This document shows, piece after piece, positions 7,225 to 15,652 of a stretch of 37,445 bases of DNA. The position numbers and the translations under genes are program-made. Source of the stretch: a virus. Its lineage: Duplodnaviria > Caudoviricetes. Positions within the stretch are counted from its first letter, which is position 1, and each line of letters starts with the position of its first letter. Below the pieces are notes generated by a model. The model was given only the letters and a program-made list of their open reading frames with translations. It made no database searches and was not told the DNA's origin. The stretch is taken from positions 1 through 37,445 of IMG/VR virus record IMGVR_UViG_3300043478_000063. One strand, written 5' to 3'.

Positions 7225-8790
7225 ATGACCCCCGTACTCGCGCCTGAAGCCGAACTGATCGAATTCGTCGCGCAGTTCCGCGACGACCCGTACCAGTTCG
7301 TCATGAGCGCGTACCCGTGGGGAGAGCCGCAAACGCCGCTCGAGGCGTACGCCGGACCCGACGACTGGCAGGGCGAGCTCCTGCAGGAGATCGGGGAGGA
7401 AGTGCGGCGCCGCGGCTTCGACGGGCTCAACGCCGTGGGGCCGATACGCCAGGCGATATCGTCCGGGCACGGCATCGGGAAGTCCACGACGTCCGCATGG
7501 CTCGCGAACTGGATCATGAGCACGCGCCCGAATTCGCAGGGCACAATTACCTCGAACACCTTCGCGCAACTCAGTACGAAGACCTGGCCCGCGATCCTCA
7601 AGTGGACGCGCATGTGCATCACCTCGCACTGGTTCCAGACCGGCCAGGAGAAGATCTTCGCGAAGGCCGCCCCCGAGTCCTGGTTTGTCACCGCCCAAAC
7701 CTGCCGGCGTGAGAACTCTGAAGCTTTCCACGGGCAGCACGCTGCGCGCAGCACGTCCTGGTACCTGTTCGACGAGGCGTCAGCAATCCCCGACGAAATC
7801 TGGAACGCCGCGGAGGGCGGGCTCACCGATGGCGAGCCGATGATCTTTGCGTGGGGCAACCCCACCAGAAACACCGGCAAGTTCCACCGCATCGTCTTCG
7901 GATCGGAGCGTGACAGGTGGCGCCAGAAGATCATCGACTCCCGCACGGCACGCTTCACCAACAAGGCACTGCTCGAGGAATGGATCAAGGACTACGGAGA
8001 GGACAGCGATTTCGTCCGCGTCCGCGTCAGGGGCATCGCGCCGCGAGCCGGCGAACTGCAATACATCGATCAGGAGCGCGTCTGGCAGGCGCAGCAGAGG
8101 CAACCGTCGAGCTTCCCCGACGATCCCCTGATCGCTGGATTCGACGTTGCCGGCCGCGGCGGGATGTTCAGTCTGGCCGGCGCCCGGAGCGATGGAGGGG
8201 ACGGAACGGGCGCGGCGCGGCATGACACCGGAGGCAGCGGCGCGTGGAACGTGATCGCGTTCCGGCGAGGCATGGACGCCCGGACGATTCCCGCAGTCCG
8301 GATCCCTGGAGAGGCCACGAAGGACCGCAGCGTCATGCTGGCGAAGCTGACCGAGATACTCAGCGACAAAAGACCGGGGCACCGGGTCGCGATGCTCTTC
8401 GTCGATTCGGCGTTCGGATCGCCGTACGTCGAGCGGCTGCGTTCGATGGGCTTCGACAACGTGATGGAGGTCAACTTCGGAGCTCCTTCCCACGACCGGC
8501 ACCAGGCCAATATGCGGGCCTACATGTGGAGCCGGATGAAGGAGTGGCTGCTCAAAGGCGCGATCCCGAGCGACAACATCCTCGAGACGGACCTGACCGG
8601 ACCCGGATACCACCTCAACAAAAGCGAGCAACTGGTGCTCGAGTCCAAGCAGGACATGGTGAAGCGCGGGATCGCGAGCCCCGACTTCGGGGACGCGCTG
8701 GCTCTCACGTTCGCGGCGTTCGTTCCGCCAACGACGGTGGCGCCACCGGAACCGATGCGCGGATATGGCGGCGGCTCATGGATGGGGTAG
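7225..8790 (+). CDS. terL: Terminase large subunit
   Basis: Walker A SGHGIGKS, Walker B YLFDEAS, GNPTRNTGKF, RNase H-like GFDVA and SPDFGDALALTF. Confidence 0.96.
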   Translation: MTPVLAPEAELIEFVAQFRDDPYQFVMSAYPWGEPQTPLEAYAGPDDWQGELLQEIGEEVRRRGFDGLNAVGPIRQAISSGHGIGKSTTSAWLANWIMSTRPNSQGTITSNTFAQLSTKTWPAILKWTRMCITSHWFQTGQEKIFAKAAPESWFVTAQTCRRENSEAFHGQHAARSTSWYLFDEASAIPDEIWNAAEGGLTDGEPMIFAWGNPTRNTGKFHRIVFGSERDRWRQKIIDSRTARFTNKALLEEWIKDYGEDSDFVRVRVRGIAPRAGELQYIDQERVWQAQQRQPSSFPDDPLIAGFDVAGRGGMFSLAGARSDGGDGTGAARHDTGGSGAWNVIAFRRGMDARTIPAVRIPGEATKDRSVMLAKLTEILSDKRPGHRVAMLFVDSAFGSPYVERLRSMGFDNVMEVNFGAPSHDRHQANMRAYMWSRMKEWLLKGAIPSDNILETDLTGPGYHLNKSEQLVLESKQDMVKRGIASPDFGDALALTFAAFVPPTTVAPPEPMRGYGGGSWMG

Positions 8791-8799
8791 ACCGACACA

Positions 8800-8857
8800 A
8801 TGCGACGAAATGCGACGAAATGCGATTTTCGCAGCGACAGAATGCGACGGGATGCGA
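8800..8857 (+). repeat. Helically phased ATGCGA repeats
   Basis: ATGCGA at 8800, 8810, 8820, 8842 and 8852. Confidence 0.8.
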
Positions 8858-8956
8858 AACGGACGAGCTCGATATCCCGCTGAACACGCTGGAAGGCCAG
8901 ATCATGCTCGGCGCACGTGACCTGATCGCGGAAGAGGCGTTTACGGAGGTGAGCGA

Positions 8957-9382
8957 ATGCCAAAGCTAACCGTGTTGCTGGGCGCGCCTGGAAGCGGCAA
9001 GAGCACCTTCGCGAAGGGCACCGGAGCGCACGTCGTCACGACCGACGGGGCACGCGGACGCCTGACGCCCGGAGAGACGCTTCACAAGGCCTACACCGAA
9101 ATCAATCAGGCGCTCGCACAAGGCAAGGACGTCGTCTTCGATACGACGGGAGCGAACCCGAAAGTGCGAAAGGCGGCGGCCACGATTGCGGCGAAGCACG
9201 GCGCATCACTCGCAGCGCGCGTCATGGACGCTCCGCTCGCCGACTGCCTGCAGGCGCAGAAGGGACGCGCCAACCCGGTGGCCGCAGCCGACGTGAGACG
9301 AATCCACGATTCTGTGAGACGACAGGCCGCCGGATTGAAGGCCGAAGGATTCAAGCGTGTGGACGTCACACGCAGGAAGTAA
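8957..9382 (+). CDS. P-loop kinase (AAA_33 / polynucleotide-kinase-like)
   Basis: LLGAPGSGKSTF Walker A, VVFDTTG; GGAGGT ribosome-binding site. Confidence 0.85.
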   Translation: MPKLTVLLGAPGSGKSTFAKGTGAHVVTTDGARGRLTPGETLHKAYTEINQALAQGKDVVFDTTGANPKVRKAAATIAAKHGASLAARVMDAPLADCLQAQKGRANPVAAADVRRIHDSVRRQAAGLKAEGFKRVDVTRRK

Positions 9383-9394
9383 GGAGTAAATCAT

Positions 9395-9958
9395 ATGTCT
9401 TTTCGACGCATACATCACCCCGTTTTCGTTTGGGTCTATGAAGGACCGACCGATCCCGCTTGGGGCGTCAACCCGCCCGTGGACCCCGGATACGGCATTC
9501 CGGGCGTAGGGCCTATCGATCCCGGCTGGGGCGTCAGACCGCCAGTCGATCCGGGTTACGGCATCGGCACCCTCCCGCATCCCGGCGGCGGGCCGATCAA
9601 GCCGCCCGGAAGGCCGATCCTCCCCCCGCACCCGGACAACGGCCTACCGCCCAATGGGCACCCGTGGCTACCCGGCCACTGGGAACCGATCGATCCAGGA
9701 TTCGGCAAGCCCCCGATTTTCGGTTGGGTCCCGGTCGATCCGGGCTTTGGCGTGGGAGGCCCTGCGCGCCCCGACAACACGCTGCCGGACTCGCCCGGTC
9801 ACTGGGTGCCGACGGATCCCGACTACGGCAAGCCGGTGGGGCCGTGCGGCGGACATGACCCGATCCCGCACCCTCCGCTCTGGGCATGGATTCCGGAGAT
9901 CGGCAAGGATTTCGGCACGCTGCCGGCTCCCGTTCCCCCGCCGGCCACCCCCAAATAA
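9395..9958 (+). CDS. Pro/Gly-rich repeat protein with P[VIT]DPx[YWF]G repeats
   Basis: Seven repeats plus two PDNxLP motifs; AAGGAG ribosome-binding site. Confidence 0.85.
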   Translation: MSFRRIHHPVFVWVYEGPTDPAWGVNPPVDPGYGIPGVGPIDPGWGVRPPVDPGYGIGTLPHPGGGPIKPPGRPILPPHPDNGLPPNGHPWLPGHWEPIDPGFGKPPIFGWVPVDPGFGVGGPARPDNTLPDSPGHWVPTDPDYGKPVGPCGGHDPIPHPPLWAWIPEIGKDFGTLPAPVPPPATPK

Positions 9959-9959
9959 C

Positions 9960-10130
9960 ATGCCGCTGAAGCCGGGGAAATCACGCGCCGTGATTTCCTC
10001 GAACATACGCAAAGAGGTAGCGGCTGGCAAGAAGCCGGCGCAGGCCGTGGCGATCGCGCTGCGAAGTGCGGGCAAGCCGCGGCCCCGCCGCACCTTGAGC
10101 GACTTCATGAAGGACGGCAACGATGCCTAA
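9960..10130 (+). CDS. Small basic phage protein (MPLKPGKS...AQAVAIAL family)
   Basis: MPLKPGKSRAVISSNIRKEVAAGKKPAQAVAIALRSAG, a motif I recognise near phage head genes. Confidence 0.8.
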   Translation: MPLKPGKSRAVISSNIRKEVAAGKKPAQAVAIALRSAGKPRPRRTLSDFMKDGNDA

Positions 10131-10407
10131 CGTAACGCTCGCCAATTACGCCACGATCGCGATCACCGCCGTGTCCGGAGTGTACCGGCTCAGATTCCCG
10201 GACCCCGGCTACGACCGGAAGATCGATCTGCTGAATCTCGGGCCGGGAGCGGTCTTTGTGCGGGAGGATGCCGACCCGACGTTGAACGACGTGAACTCGC
10301 TCAGTTTGCCGGCCAACTGGGCGATCAACCAATTGAGCGCGGGCGGATCGGTCGGCGTGAATATTATCGCCGCCGCGGACACCACGATCAGCGTGAGGCT
10401 GACGTAG
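10123..10407 (+). CDS. Small beta-rich hypothetical (possible virion) protein
   Basis: Overlaps both neighbours; alternating hydrophobic pattern. Confidence 0.65.
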   Translation: MPNVTLANYATIAITAVSGVYRLRFPDPGYDRKIDLLNLGPGAVFVREDADPTLNDVNSLSLPANWAINQLSAGGSVGVNIIAAADTTISVRLT

Positions 10408-11633
10408 TGGGCTTCTCCTTCCAGAACAGGGGAGGAGATGCCGGATTCGCTGCCGGCACGGCCACCGCGGGCACGCCGGCGTTCACCTACTTCGTGGATC
10501 CGGTGGCCGGCGTGGACGGGAATCCGGGCACGCAGGCCTTGCCTTGGAAAACGATTAGCAAAGTGAATTCGACGGTGACGGCGGGACAGAGCGTGGGCTT
10601 CAAGCGGGGCACCACCATTGCCGGACAACTGATACCGGGCGCGAACGGCATCACCTACGGCGCCTATGGAACCGGAGCACTACCGATCGTCAACGGGGCC
10701 GGCCAGACGCAATGCATCTTCGCGTCGTCGAAGAGCAACATCACCGTGCAGGATCTGAGGCTGACTGCCGGCGGAACCTACGGGATCGCCGCGGACGCGG
10801 TCAACGGCCTCACAGTCACGGGCGTCGAGATCGATAACGCGAACAGCAGCGGCATACTCCTGGGCAACGGGACGCAGAACGTGACCATCACCAACTGCCT
10901 GGTGCACAACAACGGCATCGGGGCATCGGGTGACCGGGACGGGATCGGCATCGGTGGAGGCGGCGCGGCTCCGCACGATATCACGATCCAGGGCTGCGAC
11001 ATCTACAACAACTGGCACGACGGCATCCGCATCGCGATGACCAGCGCATTCAACACGCCCAGCAACGTCACGGTAAAGCTCAACACGGTTCGCAATTCGA
11101 CCGCCGGGAGCGGCATCGCGTGCGATGCCTGCTCGAACCTCACCGTGATTTTCAACGTCGTCGTCAACAACACGGCGGGGGTCGGCATCTACATCGTCCC
11201 GGCCAACATCTCGTCTCACGTCGAAAACGTTGCGGGGGTGGTCTACCACAATACAGTCGTCGGGAACCTGTGGGGCATGCAGAGCACCAACGGCGGCGGC
11301 GGGACGTTCAACATAAACGCCCGGAACAATCTGTTCCAGAACAACGGGACCGCCGGATCTTCCGCAGAAATGTCACTCACCACCCTGACCACCTGGGCAT
11401 CGGACTACAACCTGGTCTGGCACCCTGCAGGCGGGAACTTCATGTACGGCGGCGGATTCATGAACTGGGCAACCTGGAAGAGCACCATCTCCCCGAACGA
11501 CGCGAACTCGAAAAACGCTGATCCGTTACTGAACGGGGACTACACGCTCCAGGCCGGGTCCCCTGCGATCGCGGCCGGCATTTTCATTGCGGGCATCAGC
11601 ACGGCGAACCCTCCGAATATCGGCGCTAAATAA
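10407..11633 (+). CDS. Right-handed parallel beta-helix protein (pectin-lyase-like)
   Basis: YFVDPVAGVDGNPGTQALPWKTI N-terminal motif, NITV/NVTI/GI repeats, C-terminal NADPLL...LQAGSPAIAAG...NIGA. Confidence 0.88.
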   Translation: MGFSFQNRGGDAGFAAGTATAGTPAFTYFVDPVAGVDGNPGTQALPWKTISKVNSTVTAGQSVGFKRGTTIAGQLIPGANGITYGAYGTGALPIVNGAGQTQCIFASSKSNITVQDLRLTAGGTYGIAADAVNGLTVTGVEIDNANSSGILLGNGTQNVTITNCLVHNNGIGASGDRDGIGIGGGGAAPHDITIQGCDIYNNWHDGIRIAMTSAFNTPSNVTVKLNTVRNSTAGSGIACDACSNLTVIFNVVVNNTAGVGIYIVPANISSHVENVAGVVYHNTVVGNLWGMQSTNGGGGTFNINARNNLFQNNGTAGSSAEMSLTTLTTWASDYNLVWHPAGGNFMYGGGFMNWATWKSTISPNDANSKNADPLLNGDYTLQAGSPAIAAGIFIAGISTANPPNIGAK

Positions 11634-11859
11634 TCGTGGCATCCAAACGGGAGATCAGCACCGTGGCGGCGAGTGACACGCCGAAAATGATGGCAAGTAT
11701 CCAGAGGATTCGATTGAATACGGTGGCGATCGACCGCTTCACGTTTCCGGCGTACTCATCGATGGCTGCGTCCATATTTCGCTGGTACTCATCGAACGCT
11801 GCGTCCATCCTTCGCTGGTGCTCATCGATCGCCGCATCCAGATGTTGGTCGTATTGCAT
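11626..11859 (-). CDS. Antisense moron: 11-aa coiled-coil repeats plus C-terminal TM anchor
   Basis: MQYDQHLDAAIDEHQRRMDAAFDEYQRNMDAAIDEY...ILWILAIIFGVSLAATVLI; extended -10 (TGTTATGAT) upstream on the minus strand. Confidence 0.7.
   Translation of the reverse strand: MQYDQHLDAAIDEHQRRMDAAFDEYQRNMDAAIDEYAGNVKRSIATVFNRILWILAIIFGVSLAATVLISRLDATII
11752..11850. repeat. 33-bp tandem repeat, three copies
   Basis: GTACTCATCGA.(G)CTGCGTCCAT...TCGCTG-like units starting at 11752, 11785 and 11818. Confidence 0.85.
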
Positions 11860-11887
11860 GGATTCGTTCGAATCATAACAAACGGAA

Positions 11888-14089
11888 ATGTCGAGTAAGT
11901 CCGACAAAGACCTGATCGCGACGGCGCGGGCGAGGTACAAGCTCGCCGAAGAGGCAGAGCGCGAGATCCGCAAAGAGGCGAAGATCGACCTCGAGTTCGC
12001 GGCCGGCAAGCAGTGGGCGGACCAGGACGAGAAACAGCGCAATGCAGTGGCGGGCACAAAGCGCCCGTGCCTCACGTTCAACAAATTGACCGGCCCGCTC
12101 AATCAGGTTGCGAACCAGGCCCGGATGAACAAGCCGGACCTCGAGGCGCTTCCGGTCGATTCGACCGGCGACCCCGAAACCGCAAAAGTGATCGAGGGCA
12201 TGATCCGCCATATCCAGTACGTCTCAAAGGCGGATCAGGTCTACGAGTCGGCGCTTGATCAGGCGACCAAGGGCAGTTTCGGCTATTTCAAGGTCACCAC
12301 CAAATACTCGGCGAACAAGAGTTTCGATCAGGAACTCCGCATAGAGCGCATCTACAACCCGTTCTCCATCCTGATGGATCCCTACGCTCGCGAAGCGGAT
12401 AAGAGTGACGCCAAGTGGGCCATCGAATTCGAGTGGATGTCAAAGGACGAATACAAGGCCGAGTTCGGAAACACCGAACTGGCTCACGCGAATTTCTATG
12501 AGGGCGGCACCAACCCGGCGCCGGATTGGATAGGGACAGATGGCATCCTCGTCGCGCGCTACTGGTACGTCGAAATTGAAACCAAAACTCTGGTGGCGAC
12601 GGTCGAGCCGCCAACCATGAAGTTTCCGCAGGGACGGGTGGTAAACGAATACCTCGAGGACATCCCGTCCGAAATCCGCGATTCGATCCAGTACCTGAGA
12701 GACGAAAACGGGGAACGCATAGAGCGGGAGGACCAGGTCCGGCGCGTGAAAATGTGCCGTCTCAACGGCGTCGAGATCCTCGACGAGACGGACTGGAAAG
12801 GGCAGTGGATCCCGATCCTTGCCGTGCTCGGCGAAGAGATGTACATCGAAGAAACCCGGTATCTCTTCTCGCTGATCCGGTTTGCACGCGACCCGCAGAA
12901 GTTGTACAACTTCTACCGCTCGAGCGAAGCCGAAGCGGTCATGCTCGGGACGAAGGCGCCCTGGATCGGAGTCAAAGGCGCATTCCGCGATCCGCGTTGG
13001 GCCACCGCAAACAGCGTTCCCCATGCGTATCTCGAGTACGAGCCGCTCGATATCGCGGGGAACCCGGTCCCGATGCCTCAGCGCAATCTGGCCGAGGCCC
13101 CGATCCAGGCGCTGTCGATGGGCGCCGCTCAGGCCTCTGACGACATCAAGGCCACCACCAACGTCTACGACGCATCGCTCGGCGCGCAGTCGAACGAGGT
13201 GTCGGGCATCGCGATCCAGCGACGTCAGGGGCAGATGGAGCTCTCGAATTTCCATTTCGTCGATAACCTGAACCGCGCCATCCTGCAGTGCGGCGTCATC
13301 TTGTGCGACTTGATCCCGAAAATTTACGACACCCCGCGCCAGGTGCGGATCCTGGGCGAGGACATGCAGGAAACCATCGTCAAGGTCAACCAGCGGTTCG
13401 AGGACGACTACGGGCAGGAGCATAAACCATTCGACCTGGTGAACGGCAAGTACGACGTGAGGATGAAGATCGGGCCGTCGTTCAAGACGCAACGCGAGGA
13501 GACGGCCAGCCAACTGATCCAACTCTCGCAAAACTTCCCGCAACTGATGCCCATTGCGGGAGACATCGTTTTCGACAACCTGAATTTTCCTGGAAGCGAG
13601 AAGATCGCCGACCGCCTCCGCAAAGCGATGCCGCCCGGACTGACCGACGACGCCGGCAAGAAGCCCGCGGAAATGCTGGCCGCGCAGAACCAGCAGCAGG
13701 CACAGCAGATCGAGCAGTTGACCGCGGCGCTCAACAAGCTGTCGGAAGACGTGCGAAGCAAAACTATTGAGGCCGAAGCGAACGAACGCATCGAGAAGAT
13801 GAAGATCGAAGCCTCCGATCGCCAGGCCGCACTCGAGGCCGAAACGAAATTGGAAGTCGAGCGGATGAAGATCGCGGCTTCAAACAACAGCGTCGAATCG
13901 CAGGAGAACATCGCTTTCATGCGCGCCGATATGGCTCGTCTACAGGCGCAGATCGACATGATGGCGTCAGGCGCCGCGGCGCAGGCATCAGAGCCCGCCG
14001 AGCCCGCCGAAGAGATGGCGGGCGCCGGGATGCCGCCCGCAGGTGCGATGGGCGGGACGGCCGCACTTCCCCCGCAGGTTGGAATATGA
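11888..14089 (+). CDS. Portal protein (P22 gp1-like)
   Basis: 733 aa; FAAGKQW, RPCLTFNKL, RDPQKLYN, SNEVSGIAIQRRQ, GKYDV..GPSFKTQREE; long C-terminal helical barrel. Confidence 0.95.
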   Translation: MSSKSDKDLIATARARYKLAEEAEREIRKEAKIDLEFAAGKQWADQDEKQRNAVAGTKRPCLTFNKLTGPLNQVANQARMNKPDLEALPVDSTGDPETAKVIEGMIRHIQYVSKADQVYESALDQATKGSFGYFKVTTKYSANKSFDQELRIERIYNPFSILMDPYAREADKSDAKWAIEFEWMSKDEYKAEFGNTELAHANFYEGGTNPAPDWIGTDGILVARYWYVEIETKTLVATVEPPTMKFPQGRVVNEYLEDIPSEIRDSIQYLRDENGERIEREDQVRRVKMCRLNGVEILDETDWKGQWIPILAVLGEEMYIEETRYLFSLIRFARDPQKLYNFYRSSEAEAVMLGTKAPWIGVKGAFRDPRWATANSVPHAYLEYEPLDIAGNPVPMPQRNLAEAPIQALSMGAAQASDDIKATTNVYDASLGAQSNEVSGIAIQRRQGQMELSNFHFVDNLNRAILQCGVILCDLIPKIYDTPRQVRILGEDMQETIVKVNQRFEDDYGQEHKPFDLVNGKYDVRMKIGPSFKTQREETASQLIQLSQNFPQLMPIAGDIVFDNLNFPGSEKIADRLRKAMPPGLTDDAGKKPAEMLAAQNQQQAQQIEQLTAALNKLSEDVRSKTIEAEANERIEKMKIEASDRQAALEAETKLEVERMKIAASNNSVESQENIAFMRADMARLQAQIDMMASGAAAQASEPAEPAEEMAGAGMPPAGAMGGTAALPPQVGI

Positions 14090-14094
14090 CGAAG

Positions 14095-14397
14095 CTACGC
14101 GGCAACGGTGTGGCGCTTTACTTCGCGTGCAATCTGTTTTTCGGAGGCGTTGCGGGCCACGCGCAATTCGTAGGAGCTCTGCAGGTTCAGCCAGAATTCG
14201 GCGGAGTTGCCGATGAACTGGGCCAGCCGCAGAGCGGTGTCAGCGGTGATGCCGCGGCGGCCGAGAACGATATCGTTCAGGCGTGCCGGCGTGACGGACA
14301 ACGCAGCGGAGAGTTGGCGAACGCTCAGGTTGAGCGGCTCCAGGATCTCTTCCTTGATGATTTCGCCGGGGTGAATCGGCGGAAGTGATTTCGGCAT
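14095..14397 (-). CDS. higA: HigA-family antitoxin (Xre HTH)
   Basis: PIHPGEIIKEE...ITADTALRLAQFIGNSAEFWLNLQ. Confidence 0.93.
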   Translation of the reverse strand: MPKSLPPIHPGEIIKEEILEPLNLSVRQLSAALSVTPARLNDIVLGRRGITADTALRLAQFIGNSAEFWLNLQSSYELRVARNASEKQIAREVKRHTVAA

Positions 14398-14408
14398 TGG
14401 ATTCTCCT

Positions 14409-14684
14409 TCAGTGGTAATCGACGATCTCTACATCGGTGGCGTTCGGTGCGCTCCAGTGGAAGCACAGACGGAATTGCCGGTTAATACGGATGCCATATT
14501 TCCCCCCGAACTCGGGCAGCTTTTCCAGGCGAGTGCCCGGAAGAAGGGCCAGATCGTTCAGCGATGTCGCGGCGTCCAACAAATCGAGTTTGATGCGCGC
14601 TTGCTTCGCGATCGCCTGAAATCGACGGACGGACTGTCCGTTGTAGAGCTTTCGGGTATCGGCGCAAACGAACGAACTAATCAC
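14409..14684 (-). CDS. higB: HigB/RelE-family toxin
   Basis: GTG start MISSF; RLEKL...YGIRINRQFRLCFHW...VEIVDYH; toxin-first gene order. Confidence 0.93.
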   Translation of the reverse strand: MISSFVCADTRKLYNGQSVRRFQAIAKQARIKLDLLDAATSLNDLALLPGTRLEKLPEFGGKYGIRINRQFRLCFHWSAPNATDVEIVDYH

Positions 14685-14690
14685 ATCTGT

Positions 14691-14720
14691 ATTGTATCTC
14701 GATACACGATACGAAGTCAA
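14691..14720 (-). promoter_or_regulatory. Sigma70 promoter of higBA with palindromic operator; predicted leaderless transcript
   Basis: TTGACT-18-TACAAT, then 6 nt to the GTG; TGTATC-TC-GATACA palindrome overlaps the -10 and spacer. Confidence 0.7.
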
Positions 14721-14725
14721 CAGTT

Positions 14726-15652
14726 ATGCCAGACGAAGTAATCGAGCAAGGGACGGAAGCCGTCACCACCAGCGAGGCCCCGACTGATTTTCGGGAGTTT
14801 GCGAAGTGGCGCGCGACCGGTGAATTGCCCGTAAAAGAAGAAACACCCGCGGCCCCGGCTGAAGAGCCGGCGGCCAGAACCGAACCGGACTCGGAAACGG
14901 ACGACCATCAGGAAACAGGGGATAAAGAGGACGACGACGCGCCGGACGAAACGCCCGCCAACAAAGGAAAGGGCGGATCGCGCCAGCGTCGGATCGACAA
15001 GTTGACACGGGAAAACGAGGAGTTGAAGCGCCAGATCGCCGGGCAACCAGTGAAGGCGCAAGATAAGCCCCCGGAACCCGAAAAGCCAGCCGATAACAGT
15101 AAGCCGAAGCTAGAGGACTTTCAGACTCTCGAGGCGTACCAGGAGGCTCTCACGGACTGGAAACTCGACGAACGCGAACGCAACCGCGAACAAGCGGAAG
15201 CGAAAGCGGCAGCCGAGGATCAGGTCCGCAAGGAGCAGGACGCGTGGTCGAAGCAACAGGCGGCCGCCCGGAAGGCGCACAAGGATTACGACGACGTGAT
15301 GGATGGGGTCATGATCCCGGCAGGTCCGGGCGTGATGGCCGCACGCCAGGCACTGCTCGAGGAGAGCAACGGCGCCGAGATCCTGTACCACCTCGCGACC
15401 CACCCGAAAGAACTCGAACGTATCGCCGCTCTGCCTCCAGCCAGCGCAGCGGTCGCAATCGGCAAATTGTCCGTCGCCTTAACACCCCCTGCCACTGAAA
15501 ACGGGAAGCCGCGTATAACGGGCGCACCCAAGCCGCCGCCGCCGAGCGGGAGATCCGGAAAGCCGGTATCCGACGATCCGAACGATCCCGATGTCCAGAA
15601 AGATTTCCCACGGTGGGCGCGTGCGAGGGAGGCGCAAATCAGGGGACGATAA
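14726..15652 (+). CDS. Capsid scaffolding protein
   Basis: Acidic N-terminus, QRRIDKLTRE, KPKLEDF...YQEAL, AEILYHLATHP; lies between portal and coat. Confidence 0.88.
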   Translation: MPDEVIEQGTEAVTTSEAPTDFREFAKWRATGELPVKEETPAAPAEEPAARTEPDSETDDHQETGDKEDDDAPDETPANKGKGGSRQRRIDKLTRENEELKRQIAGQPVKAQDKPPEPEKPADNSKPKLEDFQTLEAYQEALTDWKLDERERNREQAEAKAAAEDQVRKEQDAWSKQQAAARKAHKDYDDVMDGVMIPAGPGVMAARQALLEESNGAEILYHLATHPKELERIAALPPASAAVAIGKLSVALTPPATENGKPRITGAPKPPPPSGRSGKPVSDDPNDPDVQKDFPRWARAREAQIRGR

